From: Bacteroidales bacterium
GTDB lineage: Bacteria > Bacteroidota > Bacteroidia > Bacteroidales > UBA1715
Direction: 5' to 3'
Assembly (NCBI GenBank): GCA_045615765.1
Contig: JAZLFM010000028.1
Coordinates: 7,728-71,727, forward strand
DNA length: 64,000 nucleotides
Below, one piece after another: positions 35,829 through 44,703 of this stretch. Both the position numbers and the translations under genes were made by a program. The notes beneath the pieces are model-generated. The model had not been told where the DNA came from. It did no database searches and saw only the letters and a program-made list of their open reading frames with translations. The number at the start of each line of letters is the position of its first letter. Position 1 is the stretch's first letter.

Positions 35829-36314
35829 TTATTTTTTTATTTCTGTTAAAATATCCTTTTTAAAAGCATACCAAATTCCTCCTAAATAAAATTCAATAAA
35901 CCAATTAGCAGGCCATGGAACATTCTGAACTAAAACTTCAATTAGACACGAAACAGACGAATCTATAATAAAATTACATAAATCCCTATGCAACAATTGT
36001 TCACATTCTGCCAGTCCTATTTTTTTTTGTTGCCATTTGTATCGATAATCACAGAACAACTGCGCAAAAGATACAGAAACGGTTTTTGTCTTCTTATCAA
36101 AAATAAGTTTTGCACGATATGGTAGCTTTAAATGACGCAGTTCATGATTATTAAAGACTTTTTGAAATGCTCTCTCATCTAATTTGAAAGAAATCTTGAA
36201 ACGTTGCAGTAAGATAAAGTCATTACCAAACCTACCAACTAATGAATCTATAACATTAAACCAATTTTGTTGCTTGTTTTCTGTTGTCATGTTGTTAATT
36301 TCAATATCAAACAA
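35829..36314 (-). CDS. Hypothetical protein
   Basis: ORF heading the SPFH operon; the real start is probably the internal Met (MTTENK). Confidence 0.6.
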   Translation of the reverse strand: MFDIEINNMTTENKQQNWFNVIDSLVGRFGNDFILLQRFKISFKLDERAFQKVFNNHELRHLKLPYRAKLIFDKKTKTVSVSFAQLFCDYRYKWQQKKIGLAECEQLLHRDLCNFIIDSSVSCLIEVLVQNVPWPANWFIEFYLGGIWYAFKKDILTEIKK

Positions 36315-36532
36315 AAATAATAACTAAACAACTCAAAATCAACGCTTTAGTATATACAATAATTATACAATACTGTATATGTTTACTATACAATATTATT
36401 TTATAAATCACATATAAATTGGCAGTTATGCGACGGCGGATATAGTTTCTCAGTAGTCGGTCTGGAGTTATTTAAAATAGGAAATAATACTCAAGTTGGC
36501 ATAAGTTTCAATGCTAATGAATACTAAGGGGA

Positions 36533-37438
36533 TTATTGCCAAAGCGGTTCTGATTTCCAATCGATAGGGAATCCCATTGCCGCGATGTCAACCTCTGGAA
36601 AATCAAAAAGGAGACAATGGAGCTTTGCCAGCATGTCATTGTTGGGATTCACTACATTCAAAAGATACTTGATAATACAAATGTCATGATAAACCTTCAG
36701 TGTATCTGTTGGTAACGTTATCCATGGTCTTGTCATACGATTGGGGATGGTTGGATTCATAGTATTTCGCTTATTCCATATACGCGCATGATGAGCACAA
36801 TCATTACGAGTGAGATACAACTTCGTCATCCAACTTTCAAAAGGTGGTACTTGCAAGCCAAATTGTTGTGAGACTTTCTTCTTTAGTTTATTGTCTTTAA
36901 GATTACTAAAAATATTCGTTATACAACCAAATGGTAAAATTTCGGCCAGCATCCATACCGGAGGAAACGGATCAGTGTAGTTCGTCCTAAATTTTGTTAT
37001 AAATTCCTCATGAGAATGTCTTATTTCTTTGATTATTAAAGATATGGTATTGGAAAACTTGACTTTATCGGCAAAATGAATAGGATTTGTAATCCAGAAT
37101 TTATCTCCTGTCATTTCGCAAATTGTATTTACAATGGTAGCACGTATTGCGACTTCTACTTTTTCTATCTCATTAAAAATGAGCATTCTTAACTTTTTGT
37201 CAAAGCGATACAACATCATAGCTTGATTGAAAGAAGCTCCTATCTTAAAATGTTTTTCTGATTTAGGCATTTGCAGCAAAGGTATCAAATAAGCCGAAAG
37301 CCTATAATAGCCAATAGTAGAAAGGTAGCGTTCCGCCTGTTGTTGATTCGAAATACAAAGTCCTCTTATTCTTAAGAGTTGTACCAAATCATGCACATTC
37401 TTGTATGATTCGGTAAAAGGGGTAGCTTTTATGGTCAT
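36533..37438 (-). CDS. Abi-family (AbiD/AbiF, Abi_2) HEPN protein
   Basis: IGYYRLSAY, YRFDKKLR...IEKVEVAIR, PPVWM, RNDCAHH (RxxxxH HEPN motif); start at MTIKA. Confidence 0.9.
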   Translation of the reverse strand: MTIKATPFTESYKNVHDLVQLLRIRGLCISNQQQAERYLSTIGYYRLSAYLIPLLQMPKSEKHFKIGASFNQAMMLYRFDKKLRMLIFNEIEKVEVAIRATIVNTICEMTGDKFWITNPIHFADKVKFSNTISLIIKEIRHSHEEFITKFRTNYTDPFPPVWMLAEILPFGCITNIFSNLKDNKLKKKVSQQFGLQVPPFESWMTKLYLTRNDCAHHARIWNKRNTMNPTIPNRMTRPWITLPTDTLKVYHDICIIKYLLNVVNPNNDMLAKLHCLLFDFPEVDIAAMGFPIDWKSEPLWQ

Positions 37439-37448
37439 AAGTTGCGGT

Positions 37449-37503
37449 AAAAAAAACGACCCGCACATTTGAGCATCGTTGAGAGGCTTGGCGGGTTCTG
37501 GTA
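37449..37503 (-). ncRNA. abiF-motif-like structured RNA (candidate RNA antitoxin or leader)
   Basis: Minus strand: -7 box TATCTTTG, then AACCCGC-caagcctctcaacgatgctcaaatgt-GCGGGTC and a U8 tract, directly before the Abi ORF. Confidence 0.7.
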
Positions 37504-37566
37504 TTGCAAAGATAATTATTTTAGTGAATTCTATATATTTTGGCAACAAATTTTATTATACGACAA

Positions 37567-37800
37567 CTATTTCAAATGCAGATTGTTGCATACATATTCG
37601 GAATAATACTTGAAAAAATCTACCCCCAACACCAAAGATAACTTCGTAAGCAAATGTGTATCTATCCATTCTTTTTCAAAAATCTTATACATATTGTCGC
37701 GAGTATAGTTTAGCTGTTTTGCACACCACGTTACGGAACGACCTTGCTTCTTCAAAGTCTGTTGAATAATTTTTCCAATATGTGGCGGCATTTCGTTCAT
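37567..37800 (-). CDS. Bacteroidales XRE-like HTH protein
   Basis: HIG-x-x-I...QGRSVTW-x-AKQL...YKIF...IDT-x-LL...DFF; the track N-terminal extension reads through a hairpin element. Confidence 0.85.
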   Translation of the reverse strand: MNEMPPHIGKIIQQTLKKQGRSVTWCAKQLNYTRDNMYKIFEKEWIDTHLLTKLSLVLGVDFFKYYSEYVCNNLHLK

Positions 37801-37853
37801 GGTCCAGATTAAATCCGCATAAAAAAAGGCGGAATTTTCGCTTTTCAACCTAT

Positions 37854-37966
37854 TTTGATGCAAAGCTCTGGACTGCTTTATGGTAAATAGGAACGAAAAT
37901 CCACGCCATAGCGTGAACCATCGCAACTTATTCTTACCATTAGAATTGTCCAGATTCTGCATCAAA
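37854..37966. other. Long nested inverted repeat upstream of the HTH gene
   Basis: TTTGATGCA/TGCATCAAA, TCTGGAC/GTCCAGA, ATGGTAA/TTACCAT, CACGC-CATA-GCGTG. Confidence 0.6.
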
Positions 37967-38078
37967 GAATAAGAGCAAAGCTCAATATTATTTTATCTAT
38001 TTATTCTTTTATTTTTCTCGTTTTTTGCAAATATAGTTTTTTCAAATGTTATATAACAGAAACTCTAAAATCAATGAT

Positions 38079-38870
38079 CTATTTTATCTTCCCTGGATTT
38101 GGCAAATGCATACCATACATAGTCAAATTATTTTCGCGCGCATATTGTAAAATACGTACACGTGTCTCTGCTGCCATAGCAGGATCCATATCGAAGAAAG
38201 GACTATATTCCGGATGCACCATTTGCAATGCTGCACCATGTATTAAATCGGCAATGACAAGTATGCTATCTTTTTGAAAAATCGTATGTCCTGGAGTATG
38301 ACCGTATGCTGCAATTGTTTGAACTCCACCAGCAAGTGTATCTCCGGCATTGAAGCAATGCAAACGATCTTTATATGCTACTAACACTTTTTTTGCCAAA
38401 GCACTCTGTTCGCCTTCCATTGCCATCCAAGCTTCAACTTCAACTCGATTAATATAGATTTCTGCTTTTGGAAAAGCAACTACTCCATCTTTTAGTAAAC
38501 CACCTATATGATCAGGATGTAGGTGAGTGATATATATCAAACCAAGTTCTTCAGGTTTTACATTCATTTCTTGCAATTTTGGAAGCAATTGACTAAATGG
38601 TGCACCAAGTCCAGCATCAAGAAGTATAGTTTTTCCTTCAGCTTGAAGCAAGAAGCAACTAATACTTGAAGGAACACCGTCTTGCAATCCTAACGCATTC
38701 CAAAGAGAATCTGAAACTGTCGGGAAGATTTTATGTTCCTGTACTGTTGGACCTGGTTTGTCTTCTATCCAAGTAATAGTTGTCGATTCTTCTTGATCTG
38801 TATGCTTTGTGTTCTGTGAACAGCTTGCAGCAAAGAAAATTGCTGAAACAATTATTAATAGTTTTTTCAT
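38079..38870 (-). CDS. Metallo-beta-lactamase-fold hydrolase, lipoprotein
   Basis: Lipobox FAASC, THLHPDHIGG, GHTPGH, ADLIH. Confidence 0.9.
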   Translation of the reverse strand: MKKLLIIVSAIFFAASCSQNTKHTDQEESTTITWIEDKPGPTVQEHKIFPTVSDSLWNALGLQDGVPSSISCFLLQAEGKTILLDAGLGAPFSQLLPKLQEMNVKPEELGLIYITHLHPDHIGGLLKDGVVAFPKAEIYINRVEVEAWMAMEGEQSALAKKVLVAYKDRLHCFNAGDTLAGGVQTIAAYGHTPGHTIFQKDSILVIADLIHGAALQMVHPEYSPFFDMDPAMAAETRVRILQYARENNLTMYGMHLPNPGKIK

Positions 38871-38874
38871 AAAA

Positions 38875-39729
38875 TTATTTTTTTAGTAATACAACATTTT
38901 CCATTCCTGATTCTATTTCTATAGATGGATTTTGCACATAGGCAACCATGCTTTTTACTCGCGCCTGTATGCGTGTTTGTAATTGCTTACAGGTTAATAC
39001 AGAAAGATTATTCTTTTCTTGGCATAATGCATAAGTCAAAGAACCTTTCCCTTGATACTCATAATTACATTGATATGATTTACAAGCACTTATATAAGTC
39101 CATTCTATGGAATTCGCTAAATTGGGATTATATGCTTTTTTCCCAGAAGGAATAATAAACTTATCGAAGGTGCCTCGAACCACCACCGACTCATCTGCTG
39201 GTTCACGAGTAGCACCGCCACTATGACATGCGTCTGCAACAACAACTATAGTTCCCTCTTTACCAACCTTTTGTCGAATTTGATGCAACCAACCATTTAA
39301 TTGATCATCAACTATATGATTTTGTCCTTCATATTTCCCTTTTTCGTATGCAAATTTTGCATCAAAAGGTATCCAAGCCTCATCCATTCCGCTCTCTTCA
39401 TCACCATGAACATCTGTTATTTGTTGACCATGTCCAGAAAAATGGATATAGACAACATCACCCTTCTGCGACTTCGAAATTAACGACTCAAACTCACGTT
39501 TAATTGCAGAAAAAGTTGCCTGTTCGTTTTGTAATTTCACAATATTCTGTGCAATAAAACCATTTGTTGTTAGCATATCTACAACCAACGGAATATCCTT
39601 ATCTCCATTGATCTTTTGCCAACCACTATTGGCCGGATAATTACCGATTCCTATTACCAATGCACGTTTTGTTGCAAATGTTGAAAGCGAAAAAAATACA
39701 ATGCTAACTATCAACAAAAATTTCTTCAT
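38875..39729 (-). CDS. Secreted caspase-family (C14) peptidase
   Basis: Signal peptide, KRALVIGI, HFSGHG and DACHSG catalytic dyad. Confidence 0.92.
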   Translation of the reverse strand: MKKFLLIVSIVFFSLSTFATKRALVIGIGNYPANSGWQKINGDKDIPLVVDMLTTNGFIAQNIVKLQNEQATFSAIKREFESLISKSQKGDVVYIHFSGHGQQITDVHGDEESGMDEAWIPFDAKFAYEKGKYEGQNHIVDDQLNGWLHQIRQKVGKEGTIVVVADACHSGGATREPADESVVVRGTFDKFIIPSGKKAYNPNLANSIEWTYISACKSYQCNYEYQGKGSLTYALCQEKNNLSVLTCKQLQTRIQARVKSMVAYVQNPSIEIESGMENVVLLKK

Positions 39730-39799
39730 TAGACTATTTATTTGATTTGTCCAAAGATATTCAAAATATAAAATTAGCTATGCAGATTTATAGTAAAAC

Positions 39800-42562
39800 C
39801 TAATCTAACATTATAAAACCAGACCAATAAAAAGGATCTTCAAATGTTTTTCTAACTTTTGACTGTGCTATGGAAAAAGCTTCTTTCTTTGATTTTCCAT
39901 TAGTTAATTGAGAATAAAATTCCGACATCATCATTTGCGTGGCAAAATCATCAACCGACCATAAACTCATTATTATAGTTTTTACACCTGCCATTTTAAA
40001 CCCTCGTTGCAATCCATAAACTCCTTCATCACTCACTATTCCTAAAGCTGTTTGACAAGCAGACAAAACGACAAATTCTGTTTTTCGTAAATCTATATGG
40101 CTTATTTCTTTTGCTGTTAAAATTCCATCGTTATCTGATTCACAAGATCCGGGATTCGTCCATTCTCGATTCGAACCTGCCATCATTAGTCCCGATTGTT
40201 CCATTCCATTTTCTACCGAGTTCGTTTCAGTGTCCATAAAAAAACCATGTGTGGCAATATGCAAAATCGAAGGTCCTTTCTTTGACAATAATTGTAATGA
40301 CGTTTCTGTTGCTTCGCGTCCTTCAAACAATGAAGTTTTTATTGCTGAGTTTCGTCCTAAAATTGCTTGTATTTCTGAAACTTCAACCTTAGTTCCTGGT
40401 AAGAAAGATACAGGCTTACGAATTCCTTGAATTTCCTCATTGTTTGTTGTATATTCAACTCCGCCATATAATACACATGTCGTATATTTTTTCTTCATAT
40501 TGTCCAATGCCAATAATTTTGTAGATGACACACGATGCATTTCATACAAATCCGTCATTATTCTGGTCTCGTCAACAGGCGCATATTCTATTCCAATTTT
40601 ATGGAAGACACCAGATGGAGAAAAATATATTCTAGAAACTCCTTCCAAATATTTAGCAAGTGGTTCCCATATCATTTCGTACATAATCGTAGATTCATAC
40701 GCTTCTCGTTGTTCCTTATAGGTATCGGCAAAACCACGAACTGAATCTAAGCCTAAATCAAACAAGAACTGACTGGATTTTAATTTATTTTCAAATGCTT
40801 GTTTCTCAAATAACGGAATATACATTGGCGCTTCCATATTTCTTTTTAACACCAATGCTGAGAAAAAGACACTATCGTTATCTAATTTGGTAGAGATAAA
40901 TTCTATTGCTACATCCTTTTCTGTTAACGCACTCTGTACGTCATTCCAAGACACCGCCAACGCACGAGTCATATCACCATACTCTTGTATGTTTTTTATT
41001 AAGAACTTCTCTTTTTTCTCTAAAATTTGCTCTAAAGAATCACAATTTATTGTTCGTTTGTCAAGTTGTTTTGCGTATTGTTTTTCCAAAACAATGCGAA
41101 TCATATTTATTTGATCATATTCTGCCAACAAAGTGCTATCATCACTTTCCTGAATACTATTTCGGAATTCAACTTCCGACATTAGCAACAGCCCTTTTTC
41201 TATAAGAGCGGCATCATATAAGGCTTTATACGCTTTACTATTTTTTGAAGATTCAACAACTATAGTATTCAATTTCTGACAACGGGCTTTATTTCTTTCC
41301 CAAAATTGCATTCGTTCTTTTTCCGTCAAAAATGAAAAAGATTGAACCAAACGATTTTTTTCAAAATCCATAAGTTCGGTGAAACAATCTACCGCTTTGT
41401 CATATTCTTTTTGAGCGACATAAACATTTCCAATATTGTTCAAGATATTAAGATACTCTTGATTGTATTCACCAAAAATCTGTTTACGTATGGACAAAGC
41501 TTGTTCATAGTAATCCAAAGCCTTAAAATATTCACCTTGGTTATAATAGGCTAACCCTAATCTATTTAGCGTTGAAGCATACTCAGGATGCTCCTTTCCC
41601 AATAACTTTTCTCGTAATTTTAATGCCTTCTTTAAGTAATCAAATGCTATATCTTGGTCGCCTTTCTTTGTATATAATAAACCTAATCGATCATAACAAA
41701 GAGCTTCCAAAGGATGTTGTTTTTGCAACTCTAACAAAATATTCAACGACATCGTATAATAGTCTATTGCTTTATCGTAATCCAACAAACTATAATAAGC
41801 TGTTCCTATATTAAGCAAAGACATTACACGATATGTAATATTATCATCAAAGAAGTCTTTTGCCTTTTCATAATAAAACAATGCTTTTTCATAAAGTCCA
41901 AGACTATAATATGTTACCCCAAGATTTGTCAGCAACAACGCATAATGAGTATTATTTTCTCCTAAAACTTGTTTAGTTAATTCTGCAGACTGCTCGTAAC
42001 ATTCCAAAGAATGCTCAAAGTCACCCATATCATAATAAACAACACCTATATTGTTGATTATAGCTGCATATTCTAAGTTGTTACTACCTAAAATGTCACG
42101 AAGCATATCCCTGGATTTTTCATACCAGAAAAGCGCTTTTTTATACATTGCTAAGTGATAGCAAACAATTCCAAAATTTAAAAATGTCTTTGAAGCTTCT
42201 TGACTTTTTTCGAACTTTTCATAAATAGAAGCCGACTGTTCCAAATAATTATATGCCTTATCGTATCGACCAATTTTTTCATTTATCTTACCCAGATAAA
42301 ACAATGATCGTGCATATTCCGTACTTCCTAATCCACGATATTTTTTTGCTGTATTTTGATAGATTTCTGCATATTTAGATGCAACAATGAAACTTTGATT
42401 ATCAATTGCTTTATCTACAATAGAATCGAGTAACTGAATATTATCTTTATGTTTCGATTGTTCAAATAGCGAAACTAAACTATCTAACGATTGTGATTGA
42501 ACAGAACAACAAATGCAGCAAACAATTATAGTACATAAAAATCTATAAGCTCGTTTACGCAT
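39800..42562 (-). CDS. Secreted TPR-CHAT protease
   Basis: Signal peptide, many TPR repeats, LHIATHGF and VLSACQT dyad, SLW-x-VDD, PFYWSGF. Confidence 0.93.
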   Translation of the reverse strand: MRKRAYRFLCTIIVCCICCSVQSQSLDSLVSLFEQSKHKDNIQLLDSIVDKAIDNQSFIVASKYAEIYQNTAKKYRGLGSTEYARSLFYLGKINEKIGRYDKAYNYLEQSASIYEKFEKSQEASKTFLNFGIVCYHLAMYKKALFWYEKSRDMLRDILGSNNLEYAAIINNIGVVYYDMGDFEHSLECYEQSAELTKQVLGENNTHYALLLTNLGVTYYSLGLYEKALFYYEKAKDFFDDNITYRVMSLLNIGTAYYSLLDYDKAIDYYTMSLNILLELQKQHPLEALCYDRLGLLYTKKGDQDIAFDYLKKALKLREKLLGKEHPEYASTLNRLGLAYYNQGEYFKALDYYEQALSIRKQIFGEYNQEYLNILNNIGNVYVAQKEYDKAVDCFTELMDFEKNRLVQSFSFLTEKERMQFWERNKARCQKLNTIVVESSKNSKAYKALYDAALIEKGLLLMSEVEFRNSIQESDDSTLLAEYDQINMIRIVLEKQYAKQLDKRTINCDSLEQILEKKEKFLIKNIQEYGDMTRALAVSWNDVQSALTEKDVAIEFISTKLDNDSVFFSALVLKRNMEAPMYIPLFEKQAFENKLKSSQFLFDLGLDSVRGFADTYKEQREAYESTIMYEMIWEPLAKYLEGVSRIYFSPSGVFHKIGIEYAPVDETRIMTDLYEMHRVSSTKLLALDNMKKKYTTCVLYGGVEYTTNNEEIQGIRKPVSFLPGTKVEVSEIQAILGRNSAIKTSLFEGREATETSLQLLSKKGPSILHIATHGFFMDTETNSVENGMEQSGLMMAGSNREWTNPGSCESDNDGILTAKEISHIDLRKTEFVVLSACQTALGIVSDEGVYGLQRGFKMAGVKTIIMSLWSVDDFATQMMMSEFYSQLTNGKSKKEAFSIAQSKVRKTFEDPFYWSGFIMLD

Positions 42563-42580
42563 TGTCCAAACAAATTGTTG

Positions 42581-43066
42581 TTAAAACAACAAACATTCAT
42601 ACATAACACTTGCTTCATCGCTGTATTTACTGTCTGATTCACTAATTTTTCGTAACCACTTACGCGCTTTTGCAAGTTTTTGACTATCCATATATAGAAG
42701 AGTCTGATACCAATCTAACTTATCTTGTGCTGTTTTAACAATTTCTTTGTAATACTCTTGTTCCTCTGTACTTGCATAAAAACCTTCATCTGAATCTTTT
42801 TGAATAGAACTACGCAAAGAATCTATTCCTATTTGAGCGTCATCAAAAGATTTTTGTTTGATTTTTTCATGAATTTTAGCAAAATCTCCTTCATAGCCTA
42901 CTCCACGAGACGATGTTAAATCAATATCGTTCAATTTTTCTGTACCCATTTGTCGTAGAACCATACATTCACGAATATAGAGAGCACCAACAGATATGGC
43001 AACAATCAAAACTATTGCAATACAAACTTTTATGATAAGAGATTTTGATAAGGATTTACTATTCAT
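42581..43066 (-). CDS. Single-TM protein with TPR-like C-terminus (anti-sigma-like partner of the CHAT protease)
   Basis: N-terminal TM, SSRG motif, WYQTLLY...ARKWL-x-KI helix pair. Confidence 0.65.
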   Translation of the reverse strand: MNSKSLSKSLIIKVCIAIVLIVAISVGALYIRECMVLRQMGTEKLNDIDLTSSRGVGYEGDFAKIHEKIKQKSFDDAQIGIDSLRSSIQKDSDEGFYASTEEQEYYKEIVKTAQDKLDWYQTLLYMDSQKLAKARKWLRKISESDSKYSDEASVMYECLLF

Positions 43067-43121
43067 TGTAATTAATTTAAGTCTTCAAATGTACAAAAAC
43101 TTATGAAAACACCTACAAACA

Positions 43122-43150
43122 AAAACGCCCCACTTTTCAGTGAGGCGTTT
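43122..43150 (-). terminator. gdhA terminator
   Basis: AAAACGCCCCACT-TTTC-AGTGAGGCGTTT. Confidence 0.75.
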
Positions 43151-43171
43151 CCTTTATAAGATTTGTATTGA

Positions 43172-44527
43172 CTATACTAAACCTTGAGCCATCATTGCAT
43201 CAGCAACTTTGATGAAACCTGCGATGTTAGCACCTGATACATAGTCGATGTAACCATCAGCTTGTGTACCGTATTTAACGCAGTTTTCGTGGATTGATTT
43301 CATGATACCTTGTAATTTAGCATCAACTTCTTCTGATGTCCAAGAAAGACGAGCAGAGTTTTGACACATTTCCAAACCTGAAGTTGCAACACCACCAGCG
43401 TTAGAAGCTTTACCTGGAGCGTAAAGAATCTTAGCATCTTGGAATACATTTACTGCTTCAGCTGTAGAAGGCATGTTAGCACCTTCAGCAACACACATTG
43501 TACCGTTAGCAACTAATGCTTTAGCATCGCTTTCGTCCAATTCGTTTTGAGTTGCACATGGCATAGCTACATCACATTTAACGTTTTTCCATGGACGTTG
43601 ACCTTCGAAATATTTGCAACCGAATTTGTCAGCATATTCTTTAATACGACCACGTTTAACATTCTTCAATTCGAATACGAATGCTAATTTTTCTGGAGTG
43701 ATACCTGCTTCATCAACGATAGTACCGTTAGAATCAGACATTGAAACAACTTTTGCACCTAGTTGAGTACATTTTTCAACTGCATATTGAGCAACGTTAC
43801 CTGAACCAGAGATAGCAACTGTTTTACCTTGTAATGAAGTACCTTTTGTTGCTAACATTGATTGTGCGAAATAAGTTACACCGTAACCAGTTGCTTCAGG
43901 ACGGATCAATGAACCACCGAAAGAAAGACCTTTACCAGTTAATACACCTGTAAATTCATCACGGATACGTTTGTATTGACCGAACAAGAAACCAACTTCA
44001 CGACCACCTACACCGATATCACCAGCAGGAACATCAGTATCAGGACCGATATATTTTTGAAGTTCTGTCATGAAGCTTTGGCAGAAACGCATAACTTCGT
44101 TATCAGATTTTCCTTTTGGATCGAAGTCAGAACCACCTTTACCACCACCCATTGGAAGAGTAGTCAAAGAGTTTTTGAATGTTTGTTCGAAAGCCAAGAA
44201 TTTCAAAATACCCAAGTTTACAGTTGGGTGGAAACGAAGACCTCCTTTGTAAGGACCGATTGCACTGTTCATTTGAACACGGAAACCGCGGTTGATTTGC
44301 CATTCACCTTTATCGTCAACCCAAGGAACTCTGAAGATGAAAACTCTTTCTGGTTCTACCATTCTTTCCAAAACTTTTGCAGCTTTGTATTTTGGATTTT
44401 CATCCAAGAATGGAAGGATTGATTTTACTACTTCGTGAACTGCTTGGTGGAATTCTGATTCACCTGGATTCTTAGCGATTACTTTCGCCATGAAATCGTT
44501 CAATTCTTTGTCGAAATTCTTTGCCAT
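43172..44527 (-). CDS. gdhA: Glutamate dehydrogenase (NAD(P)-specific)
   Basis: GPYKGGLRFH, GGGKGG, DVPAGDIGVG, RPEATG, GSGNVA, EGANMP. Confidence 0.97.
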   Translation of the reverse strand: MAKNFDKELNDFMAKVIAKNPGESEFHQAVHEVVKSILPFLDENPKYKAAKVLERMVEPERVFIFRVPWVDDKGEWQINRGFRVQMNSAIGPYKGGLRFHPTVNLGILKFLAFEQTFKNSLTTLPMGGGKGGSDFDPKGKSDNEVMRFCQSFMTELQKYIGPDTDVPAGDIGVGGREVGFLFGQYKRIRDEFTGVLTGKGLSFGGSLIRPEATGYGVTYFAQSMLATKGTSLQGKTVAISGSGNVAQYAVEKCTQLGAKVVSMSDSNGTIVDEAGITPEKLAFVFELKNVKRGRIKEYADKFGCKYFEGQRPWKNVKCDVAMPCATQNELDESDAKALVANGTMCVAEGANMPSTAEAVNVFQDAKILYAPGKASNAGGVATSGLEMCQNSARLSWTSEEVDAKLQGIMKSIHENCVKYGTQADGYIDYVSGANIAGFIKVADAMMAQGLV

Positions 44528-44641
44528 TTTGTTATTAATTAAATGATTAATCTTTTTGTTTTTGCATTAGCAAATGTAGATATTATTTTTCAAATATCCT
44601 CACATAAGTTGTTGAATTTTAGAAAATTACGAATATCTCGC

Positions 44642-44675
44642 AAAAAGGGCATACGAGTTTTTCGTATGCCCTTTT
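44642..44675. terminator. Intrinsic terminator
   Basis: AAAAGGGCATACGA-GTTTT-TCGTATGCCCTTTT. Confidence 0.85.
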
Positions 44676-44703
44676 ATACTTGATTACAATAATTTTTATT
44701 GTT

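Noticed and set aside
36410-36470. Integron attC-like site (GTTATGC core)
   Set aside because: No matching inverse core or repeated copies, and no integron integrase in the window.
37439-37549. N-terminal extension of the Abi protein
   Set aside because: It overlaps the promoter and the structured RNA; the family-like sequence starts at 37438.
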